Part shown: positions 13,238-21,706 of the stretch, in pieces | Layout of the letters: the number at the start of each line of letters is the position of its first letter | Position numbering within the stretch: the stretch's first letter is position 1 | Program-made: the position numbers and the translations under genes | DNA from: Paraspadella gotoi | Taxonomy: Eukaryota; Animalia; Chaetognatha | Reading direction: 5' to 3' | Assembly (NCBI GenBank): GCA_051294375.1 | Contig: JBJCIZ010000531.1 | Location: 1 to 22,218, forward strand | Length of the DNA: 22,218 nucleotides | Notes under the pieces: model-generated | Database searches by the model: none | Told to the model about the DNA's origin: nothing | The model's input: the letters and a program-made list of their open reading frames with translations, nothing else

Positions 13238-13710
13238 AGTACCACCAAGTAAACCTATCAGACAAATGCAAGCCAGTAACAACTTTCGCAGGAGCAGGCC
13301 ACAACTGGCACATGAATAAACTGCCAATGGGAGGAGTAAATAGTGTCAATGTACTCCAGGCAANNNNNNNNNNNNNNNNNNNNNNNNNNNNNNNNNNNNN
13401 NNAGAGTTTCCTCATATACGTGGATGACCTCATACTCACAGCGAAAACACCCGAAGAAATGGCCGAACGACTGCGCGAATTCCTTCAAATCTGCAGAAGG
13501 GAAAACGTCGTCCTAAAATGGACAAAAAGTGTCCTACTGAGGAAAGATGACATCAAAATACNNNNNNNNNNCATTTCCCAGGACAAGCTTAAGCCACAGA
13601 AAGAAAAACTAGAGCAAGCAGAGCTAAAACTCAAGGAGGTAAAAACGCAGAAGGACTTGAGAGCACTGCTCGCCTCACTAAATTACTACAGATGCTTCAC
13701 GCATCGTTGA
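13238..13710 (+). CDS. pol: Pol: reverse transcriptase core
   Basis: KYHQVNLSDKCKPVTTF...HMNKLPMGGVNS...LIYVDDLIL...KWTKS...LRALLASLNYYRCF, with YVDD at 13417-13428. The D-containing motif just before YHQ is not cleanly present because of the noisy junction. Confidence 0.95.
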
Positions 13711-13995
13711 TTTTGCGGAAGACGAGTAAAACTCGTCACAGACTTNNNNNNNNNNNNNNNNNNNNNNNNNNNNNNNNNNNNNNNNNNNNNNNNNNNNNNN
13801 NNNNNNNNNNNNNNNNNNNNNNNNNNNNNNNNNNNNNNNNNNNNNNNNNNNNNNNNNNNNNNNNNNNNNNNNNNNNNNNNNNNNNNNNNNNNNNNNNNNN
13901 NNNNNNNNNNNNNNNNNNNNNNNNNNNNNNNNNNNNNNNNNNNNNNNNNNNNNNNNNNNNNNNNNNNNNNNNNNNNNNNNNNNNNNNNNNNNNNN

Positions 13996-14161
13996 ACTCG
14001 CAATATTTCAAAAGGGTAATGGAACTCCAACACGATCGCCAACAGCTGCTCCCCACCAATGTCCTTAGATGGATAACAGAGATAAGGCAAGAGTGCCANN
14101 NNNNNNNNGTGTTATTAGTCAAAAGTGAGGACAACCCAGCCGACTTTCTGACGAGATTCAC
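13996..14161 (+). CDS. pol: Pol: C-terminal part of RNase H (N-terminal part lies in the N gap 13746-13995)
   Basis: NVLRWITEIRQEC....VLLVKSEDNPADFLTRF matches the LTR-element RNase H ending R.RW...L.....I.Y.KG..N..AD.LSR. Confidence 0.85.
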
Positions 14162-14280
14162 GNNNNNNNNNNAAATTACTCCACTCGACACACCCTTCAT
14201 GCCAGCCGGTTTCGACGTAGAAGGGAATTACGAGGCAGGTTTCTGCGAAGAACCAATCAGCGGAGAAACTTGGCCCGGAC

Positions 14281-14660
14281 ATCTTGAACTCAGAGTCGGC
14301 NNNNNNNNNNCGCTTAGTATCGTAGCAAATGCACTAGAAATGGAAGAAAAAGCTTTCAGAACAAACTTCTTTAATTACGTAAGAAAACAGTTCGAAAAGA
14401 GGAAGAAAACATAAGACGGTTATACGGCTCACCAAAAACAAAAGACGCCGACACTTTGTCCGATGCATCTCAGCAAAAGACTGGTCATTGGGTCACCCGG
14501 AATTAGAAATGCTCGCGGAGATGACTGGCCTCTGTGTAAAAAATCATAGACGAAGACGTCACAACTCCAACAGGATGCAAATATGAAAAAACCTACGGAG
14601 AAAGAAACCAAAGAGAGATCAAGGTTTTCAGAACCACAACTGGACAAGCGTCGCTAATCG
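14281..14660 (+). CDS. Pol insert: candidate OTU-like domain (needs 2-3 single-base frame corrections)
   Basis: Reconstructed as LELRVG[gap]LSIVANALEMEEKAFRTNFFNYVRKQF...FVRCISAKDWSLGHPELEMLAEMTGLCVK/IIDEDVTTPTGCKYEKTYGERNQREIKVFRTTTGQASLI. The pattern resembles the OTU fold; recognised by eye only. Confidence 0.45.
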
Positions 14661-14677
14661 CAGACACACCTGCATTA

Positions 14678-16426
14678 ATGAGAGTCGCAGCCGCCACTGA
14701 AAAAGAAAAGAAAAATATCAAGGTGATAACAAAAGACACTATTGATAAAGCAATGGTGGAAAAATGGCNNNNNNNNNNNTCAGACAGACCATGGGCCGAC
14801 CGCCTCGCCCCCATGCCCAGACGCATAAGTATGAGAGATCTCCCAACTGGCACTGATGTAATACACAGTATCTTCACGGAAACACCAAGACAGCAAAGAC
14901 AAGCGGAACCGCCTCATCAAGGCATAGAGGAGGCAATAAGAGGAGCTGAACCTCCACAAAGCACTGCCACAAACCCAACAGAACAAGTACATCAGCCCCG
15001 ACCAACACCAGCCCAACCGCCATCTCCATCTCCCTCGATACCACAGCCGACGTCGCCGCTCACAGAGAGGGAGGCAGGCCCGCCGGCATCGCCAAACGAA
15101 CNNNNNNNNNNCACCCGTACCGCCCAACCACCGAGAGCAAGGAGACGAGAGCCTGGTCCTGAAACGAACAGGCACCAACGCGCAAATGAACGACGGCGNN
15201 NNNNNNNNCAAGCCGACGAAGCTGAAACTTTTGAAATAACGCCAAACTCAGCAACTGAAGCCTCAATTGAAGTGGACGCAGCCGACGTGGCGGAAGAAGA
15301 GATGCTACCAAACCGACGATACGAGCGGCTCCTCCCACTCAAGGAGGACGTAAAGAGATGGCAAATGGAAGACAAGGACGTAAAAGATGCCAAAACCATT
15401 TTCAAAAATCATGGTTTACCTGGATTAAAATTACACCTAGCGTCCATCCAGAGAAAGGCACTAAGTCCAACACAGGCTTTCCTACAAAGAAATGCAGAAG
15501 ACATTCACATAACTCCGGACGATGTACTCTGCATAATAGGTTTCAAAAATGACACACGCACAACAAGATACATAGTACCCAGAAAAAACCTAGAAAACAT
15601 TATAAAAAGAATCCACGAAAAGCTGGGCCATCCAGGAAGAGACAGGACCGCCTACCTAACTTCACAGTACGTGGCGGCTCCAGATATGGTACGCGCCTGT
15701 GCAAATGTCGTTCTCACTTGCGACACCTGTAGGAGAACAACCGACGAAGTCCATCTAAANNNNNNNNNNCCAACACCCACGATCGCTCTCGTCCCATGGG
15801 AATCATTGTGCATCGATGTTATGCACCTCCCGCCGAGCGAAGGGATCAGTCACGTGATAATTGCATCCGACAATGCATCCGCTTATACATGGGCATTACC
15901 AATTCGCCGCGCCGACGCCTCACACATAATAGCAGCCCTGGACAAAAATATTTTCCAGCTGCATGGAAGTTACCTCGAAATAAATTTCGACGGAGCGACG
16001 TCGCTTAACGGCGAGGAAATGAAAAGCATCCTCGACCTACTCGATACGAGCGGGAGACGAACCCTCGTCTCCAGAAAAAACAGCAACAGAGCCGAAAGAG
16101 ACATTGGCCGAGTCAGACAGGCACTTAGGAAAGCCCTCGACGACAACCCAAACGCCTGGATGAAGGACTTACCACATGTATTGCTAACTCTCAACGCCAC
16201 GCCNNNNNNNNNNTGGAAAACGGACATGAGTCCGCACGAAATCCAATTCGGAAATAAACCTAGGCTAGTAGAAGCCCCGGATGAAGCATCATACGAATAT
16301 CTGGCGGATTATGCAAAACAAAGAGCCGACCGACAAGAGGAAGCCCGACACCGAATCGCAGAACAACGAATAAAATTAAACAGAACCTCAAAACGAGTAA
16401 ACCGATTCAGGGATCCAAAAGATTAA
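14678..16426 (+). CDS. pol: Pol: Pro/Glu/Thr-rich linker plus integrase (HHCC zinc finger and DDE core)
   Basis: Zinc finger IHEKLGHPG...TCDTC (15611-15730). Core motifs PWESLCIDVMHL (D 15815), INFDGATS (D 15989) and SNRAERDIG (E 16094), then W...LP.VLL.LN and SPHEIQFG. Confidence 0.95.
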   Translation: MRVAAATEKEKKNIKVITKDTIDKAMVEKWXXXXSDRPWADRLAPMPRRISMRDLPTGTDVIHSIFTETPRQQRQAEPPHQGIEEAIRGAEPPQSTATNPTEQVHQPRPTPAQPPSPSPSIPQPTSPLTEREAGPPASPNEXXXXTRTAQPPRARRREPGPETNRHQRANERRXXXXQADEAETFEITPNSATEASIEVDAADVAEEEMLPNRRYERLLPLKEDVKRWQMEDKDVKDAKTIFKNHGLPGLKLHLASIQRKALSPTQAFLQRNAEDIHITPDDVLCIIGFKNDTRTTRYIVPRKNLENIIKRIHEKLGHPGRDRTAYLTSQYVAAPDMVRACANVVLTCDTCRRTTDEVHLXXXXPTPTIALVPWESLCIDVMHLPPSEGISHVIIASDNASAYTWALPIRRADASHIIAALDKNIFQLHGSYLEINFDGATSLNGEEMKSILDLLDTSGRRTLVSRKNSNRAERDIGRVRQALRKALDDNPNAWMKDLPHVLLTLNATXXXXWKTDMSPHEIQFGNKPRLVEAPDEASYEYLADYAKQRADRQEEARHRIAEQRIKLNRTSKRVNRFRDPKD

Positions 16427-16573
16427 AAGTAGGAGATAGAGTGTATGTACGACGCGATTTAGTACGAACCGGAACAGCACCGGCCGCAAACAAGGCAAAA
16501 ACTATATATACGGGCCCTCACAATATACTCGAGGTAAAAGGAAATCATTTCATCATCCAAATCGCTGGTCAAC
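16420..16573 (+). CDS. pol: integrase C-terminal GPY/F-type module (after a probable 1-nt sequencing frameshift)
   Basis: RLKVGDRVYVRR...KTIYTGPHNILEVKGNHFIIQIAGQ. Confidence 0.85.
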
Positions 16574-16598
16574 NNNNNNNNNNNNNNNNNNNNNNNNN
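16574..16598. other. 25-N assembly gap (identical-length gaps at 5224-5248 and 5498-5522)
   Basis: There are three gaps of exactly 25 N, two of them at the junctions where element colinearity breaks. This is consistent with placeholder gaps left by long-read gap filling. Confidence 0.75.
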
Positions 16599-19066
16599 TC
16601 CTGCCGCGGCTGCTGCTGATGAATTCTCCTGCAGCTGCGAGTCCCTTATTCGTTGATGCCTCCCCCGCTCCAGTTCGCGAAGGCGGGGGTTTATCCCTCC
16701 AAATGAGCTTGGCTTTCCCCGCTGATGATGATGTCGTCGAGGTTGTTGGCGACGTTCTGGAAGGCTTCCGCTTGCCTCTTTGCGCACTTTGCCATTAGTT
16801 GCAGGGAGATAATGCAAACGCATAGTCCGATGGTAAAGATTGCGGTTGCCAAGGCGATTAGTGGACGGCGCTGGTGATTCGCCCACCTTTCCGGGTGGAG
16901 TGTCGCCTAGGATTTTTCGCAGCAGCGACGATGGGGCCTCGGCTATGATTTCCCCGACTCTTTCCCTGAACTCCTGGGCCTGGCCAGAGTATTGATATGC
17001 ATGTCCATGAATTTTCCTACTTCGTCGTACAGATCAGTTTCAGTCGTGACATGTTCGTTTTTGTTCGGTAGTGATGTTGACAAATTCGTGTACTGGACGA
17101 AAGGGCGTCCTGTGGCGTCGTGGAACCCGTCTTTTCTTTCGTAGATCGGCGGTGGGTTGCAGGTTGTTTCGTGGACGAGTCGATGATGTGTTTGTAGATT
17201 GAATGTCTGAAGCTTGCCTTTCCCGGAAGCTTACTGGCATGTCCTGCCAGCATTTGCTCGTTTCGCGTCTCAGCGCTAAGGTCTTTTTGCATTCTGCCGT
17301 GACGAGTATTTCTCCTCGGAGGATTGCTATTTTTCCGACATCAATGAAGTCATCGCTGCTGGTGACCTGTGCGCTCGGACGGCTACTTCTCGTGCTTCCC
17401 TGACTCTGGATATGCACAATTCGTGCCTGAGGCGTCGGTCAGTCGGTCCAATCTTTTTTTATTTCGTTCTGCCAGCTTCGACGCTCTTTCTGTAAGTGCT
17501 TGTATTGCCGAGTAGTCCTTTTGCATTTCGGTTGGGGGATTTGGTGTAATGAAAAAATGCGGTGACGTCGTGGCGTAGGCTTTGACGCCACAACCTTTTA
17601 TTATTTTCTCCTCGCCTGTTGTTCTTAGAACAAGGAATTGTTTTTCCATTTGCAGATGTTTTCGCAATGTCGGTTGAACTGTGAGTACCGGGGGTAAACT
17701 CTCGTACATCCGTCCCAGCATTGGTTTTTCTTTGCTTGTTCACAGTCGAAGGCATAGTTTGATTTGCATATGAAATTTTCTGTTTCGAGGTCCTCTTTCG
17801 TGATCGATCTAATCATTCCGTCCTTTGATATGTAAACAGCGCCCTCATATGCTATCACTGCTCTGCAAGTCGAGTCGACCCAGGCGATCGTGCCTCCCGG
17901 GTAGACGCATAATTGTTTGGCTGTGTCACATTTTCCTGTTTTTGAGAGTACCTCTTCTGCTACTCGGATTTTGCGCGAATACAGCGTTAGGTTTGAGACG
18001 AGTTTGGCATTTTCCGATTTGTACAGATGGTCGTGGAAAATGAATTTTTCACCCGTGCAGTATCCATCAGCGTCATTTGTCCCGATGTAATGAGTCACTA
18101 TGTTCGTACCCTGTCGTCCTTCAATCTCCAGTGGCACCATGATTCCGGTTTTATCGCTGACCCTAATGGGTAGGGTCGGGAGCGTGACTCTTTTTCCCTT
18201 GTGGAGATCGAGGCATGTTTCTCGCGGAAGTGAGAAATGGTCCACTACGTCGATGTTTGGGTACGTGATGTCCCATCTCCCGCAGATCTTCCCGGTGGAT
18301 ACAATCGTCAAATCGCATCCTTTTGCGTTGTGTTGTTCGTGATCGGGTACGAACAGCAGAAAAGTTCGGTCGAATTCTCGGGTTCGTTTCCGTTTTGTTC
18401 ACACGATTTTTCATTCATCGACGTTGCCATATGGTTTTCGGTTTTTTTTGCAGTCGAAGACGTCGACGCGTTTCCTAGTGTTTCTCCGATCAGGTCATCA
18501 GCCCTTAACTGTGTTGATTCTGCGACAAGTGATGCCACGATTACGCAAATTAGGATCATCCTCTTTGTCATCTTGATTTCTTGTTAGCGGAGTTTACTTG
18601 ATTTAACGAATTTAATTTAAGAGAGAGATAAAAAAAATTTTTTTTTTTGTAAGCGAGTTGGGAAGAGTAGGATCTTATTTATTTATTTTCTATTGAGAGA
18701 GAAAAAGGAAAACTTTGTTTATTGTTTATATTGTAAGTGCACGTGGAGACGGTTTCGTTCCTTCGATTTCGTGTGTATGGAGATTTTGAGCCTCGGTCAG
18801 CGTGCGCTGGTCGATCCCTCTCCCTTTCACTGCTTATCGTCGTTCTCATCGTCGTCTCGGTTTCTTTTTTTTTGCTTGTTTTCTTTGTTCCTAGTCTTCT
18901 CTCCTCGCTTCGGGTCTACGTCTTGGCTTCCTTTTCTACGAGCTACTGTATTTACAGAGTTTTCTTCCTCCTCTTTTTCCCGCCTTTCGTTTGGCTAGGC
19001 AGTTATGAGGTGAACGTTTGTGAGTCGCCGCCTACGGCTTCAATCTTCTTCTGTGATAGGCGATGC
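16599..19066 (-). repeat. left arm of a ~2.5-kb inverted repeat (mirror of 19082-21602)
   Basis: Centre reads ctgtgataggcgatgc-aaatcgctggtcaac-gcatcgcctatcacag. Mirrored ORFs appear in the track, e.g. 18100-18342(+) and 19824-20066(-) are identical. Confidence 0.95.
16691..18571 (-). pseudogene. env: second copy of the env-like gene, broken by single-base indels
   Basis: ORF pieces 18308-18571, 17625-18311, 17383-17721 and 17040-17417 reproduce segments of the + strand env. The TM segment and tail end at TAA 16693-16691. Confidence 0.85.
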
Positions 19067-19081
19067 AAATCGCTGGTCAAC

Positions 19082-19146
19082 GCATCGCCTATCACAGAAG
19101 AAGATTGAAAGCCGTAGGCGGCGACTCACAAACGTTCACCTCATAA
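19082..19146 (+). CDS. pol: final codons of pol, displaced by the inverted block
   Basis: Reads QIAGQ-RIAYHRRRLKAVGGDSQTFTS*, with the H..RLK ending typical of the GPY/F module. The minus copy at 7090-7200 shows this sequence contiguous with the integrase. Confidence 0.8.
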
Positions 19147-19426
19147 CTGCCTAGCCAAACGAAAGGCGGGAAAAAGAGGAGGAAGAAAACTCTGTAAATA
19201 CAGTAGCTCGTAGAAAAGGAAGCCAAGACGTAGACCCGAAGCGAGGAGAGAAGACTAGGAACAAAGAAAACAAGNNNNNNNNNNGAAACCGAGACGACGA
19301 TGAGAACGACGATAAGCAGTGAAAGGGAGAGGGATCGACCAGCGCACGCTGACCGAGGCTNNNNNNNNNNNNNNNNNNNNNNNNNNNNNNNNNNNNNNNN
19401 NNNNNNNNNNNNNNNACAATATAAAC

Positions 19427-19593
19427 AATAAACAAAGTTTTCCTTTTTCTCTCTCAATAGAAAATAAATAAATAAGATCCTACTCTTCCCAACTCGCTTA
19501 CAAAAAAAAAAAAAAAAAAAAAAAAAATTTTTTTTATCTCTCTCTTAAATTAAATTCGTTAAATCAAGTAAACTCCGCTAACAAGAAATCAAG
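19427..19593 (+). promoter_or_regulatory. pol-env spacer with AATAAA motifs, an A26/T8 tract and pyrimidine-tract/AG acceptor-like sites
   Basis: AATAAA at 19427, 19463 and 19467; A run 19502-19527; T run 19528-19535; tttttctctctcaatag ends at 19460; aagATG at 19594. Function is inferred only. Confidence 0.3.
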
Positions 19594-21509
19594 ATGACAA
19601 AGAGGATGATCCTAATTTGCGTAATCGTGGCATCACTTGTCGCAGAATCAACACAGTTAAGGGCTGATGACCTGATCGGAGAAACACTAGGAAAACGCGT
19701 CGACGTCTTCGACTGCAAAAAAACCGAAAACCATATGGCAACGTCGATGAATGAAAAATCGTGTGAACAAAACGGAAACGAACCCGAGAAATTCGACCGA
19801 ACTTTTCTGCTGTTCGTACCCGATCACGAACAACACAACGCAAAAGGATGCGATTTGACGATTGTATCCACCGGGAAGATCTGCGGGAGATGGGACATCA
19901 CGTACCCAAACATCGACGTAGTGGACCATTTCTCACTTCCGCGAGAAACATGCCTCGATCTCCACAAGGGAAAAAGAGTCACGCTCCCGACCCTACCCAT
20001 TAGGGTCAGCGATAAAACCGGAATCATGGTGCCACTGGAGATTGAAGGACGACAGGGTACGAACATAGTGACTCATTACATCGGGACAAATGACGCTGAT
20101 GGATACTGCACGGGTGAAAAATTCATTTTCCACGACCATCTGTACAAATCGGAAAATGCCAAACTCGTCTCAAACCTAACGCTGTATTCGCGCAAAATCC
20201 GAGTAGCAGAAGAGGTACTCTCAAAAACAGGAAAATGTGACACAGCCAAACAATTATGCGTCTACCCGGGAGGCACGATCGCCTGGGTCGACTCGACTTG
20301 CAGAGCAGTGATAGCATATGAGGGCGCTGTTTACATATCAAAGGACGGAATGATTAGATCGATCACGAAAGAGGACCTCGAAACAGAAAATTTCATATGC
20401 AAATCAAACTATGCCTTCGACTGTGAACAGCAAAAGAAAAACCAATGCTGGGACGGATGTACGAGAGTTTACCCCCGGTACTCACAGTTCAACCGACATN
20501 NNNNNNNNNTCTGCAAATGGAAAAACAATTCCTTTGTTCTAAGAACAACAGGCGAGGAGAAAATAATAAAAGGTTGTGGCGTCAAAGCCTNNNNNNNNNN
20601 GTCACCGCATTTTTTCATTACACCAAATCCCCCAACCGAAATGCAAAAGGACTACTCGGCAATACAAGCACTTACAGAAAGAGCGTCGAAGCTGGCAGAA
20701 CGAAATAAAAAAAGATTGGACCGACTGACCGACGCCCTCAGGCACGAATTGTGCATATCCAGAGTCNNNNNNNNNNGAGAAGTAGCCGTCCGAGCGCACA
20801 GGTCACCAGCAGCGATGACTTTCATTGATGTCGGAAAAATAGCAATCCTCCGAGGAGAAATACTCGTCACGGCAGAATGCAAAAAGACCTTAGCGCTGAG
20901 ACGCGAAACGAGCAAATGCTGGCAGGACATGCCAGTAAGCTTCCGAGGAAAGGCAAGCTTCAGACATTCGCATCTACAAAACACATCATCGACTCGTCCT
21001 TATAAAACAACCTGCAACCCGCCGCCGATCTACGAAAGAAAAGACGGGTTCCATGACGCCACGGGCACGTCCCTTCGTCCAGTACACAAATCTCGTCGAC
21101 GTCACTACCGAACAAAAAACGAACATGTCACGATGCCAACTGATTTGATACGACAGAAGTAAGGAAAATCGAATGACAATGCACTATTAAGTACTCTGGC
21201 GCCAAGCCCAGGTAGGTTCAGGGAAAAGAGTACTGGTGGGAAATCATAGCCGAGGCCCTCATCGTCGCTGCTGCGAAAAATCTTAGGCGCATACGCCCGC
21301 CCGGAAAATGGTGGGCAAACTTCACCAGCGCCGTCCCACTAATCGCCTTGGCAACCGCAATATTCACCATCGGACTATGCGTTTGCATTATCTCCCTGCA
21401 ACTAATGGCAAAGTGCGCAAAGAGACAAGCAGAAGCCTTCCAAAACGTCGCCAACAACCTCGACGACATCATCATCAGCGGGGAAAGCCAAGCTCATTTG
21501 GAGGGATAA
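19594..21509 (+). CDS. env: env-like type I membrane glycoprotein, class III (chuvirus G / gB-like) pattern; frame disrupted in the noisy zone ~20960-21240
   Basis: Signal peptide MTKRMILICVIVASLVA. Cys-rich ectodomain: VFDC, C.L...CG, C.DLH, DGYCTG, C.....C...G.T.W....C....YEG, HELC, RGEIL...C......R....CW..MPV. Sequons NLT, NNS and NFT. TM segment AVPLIALATAIFTIGLCVCIISLQLM (21330-21407), then a short tail to TAA 21507-21509. Confidence 0.85.
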
Positions 21510-21690
21510 ACCCCCGCCTTCGCGAACTGGAGCGGGGGAGGCATCAACGAATAAGGGAATCGCAGCTGCAGGAGAAATTCATCATCAGCAGCCGCGGCAG
21601 GAGACGAAGCCCACGAGGACCACGCGGACCAAGACCCGAACAAAGGAGGCTCTCATAAACTCTATGACCCGGACAGGACCAAGAGCCAAT

Positions 21691-21706
21691 AAGGAGAAGA
21701 AGAGGG
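21691..21706 (+). other. candidate polypurine tract before a possible 3' LTR
   Basis: 16-nt purine run aaggagaagaagaggg about 180 bp after the env stop. The following sequence (ttatggg) lacks a clean TG start. Confidence 0.3.

Larger units (their letters stand above)
1..21706 (+). mobile_element. env-bearing Ty3/Gypsy-like LTR retrotransposon, fragmented and interrupted by duplicated and inverted blocks
   Basis: Domain order is RT-RNase H-integrase, with a GPY/F-type C-terminal integrase module, followed by a signal-peptide and TM glycoprotein ORF. This order and these motifs are typical of Ty3/Gypsy. LTRs could not be delimited. Confidence 0.88.

Noticed and set aside
16410-16445. Programmed frameshift before the GPY/F module
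   Set aside because: It falls at a short A run in an indel-prone assembly and the minus copy is longer there, so sequencing error is the simpler explanation.
19155-19322. Charged open frame in the pol-env spacer (PNERREKEEEENSV...)
   Set aside because: It has no start codon, is short, and is explained by purine-rich composition.
18693-19457. Paired Phe/Leu/Ser-rich ORFs on both strands around the palindrome centre
   Set aside because: They are antisense translations of the A/G-rich spacer, duplicated by the inverted repeat.
19536-19546. atctctctctt resembling the start of a SMRTbell adapter
   Set aside because: The rest of the adapter is absent, the motif recurs in homologous context in the other copies, and it is not at the fold-back centre.
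21308-21658. 116-aa Arg-rich ORF overlapping the env end (and its mirror 16569-16886)
   Set aside because: The between-copy substitutions change amino acids in this frame (IH/LY, TSR/ASG, K/E) but are silent in the env TM frame.
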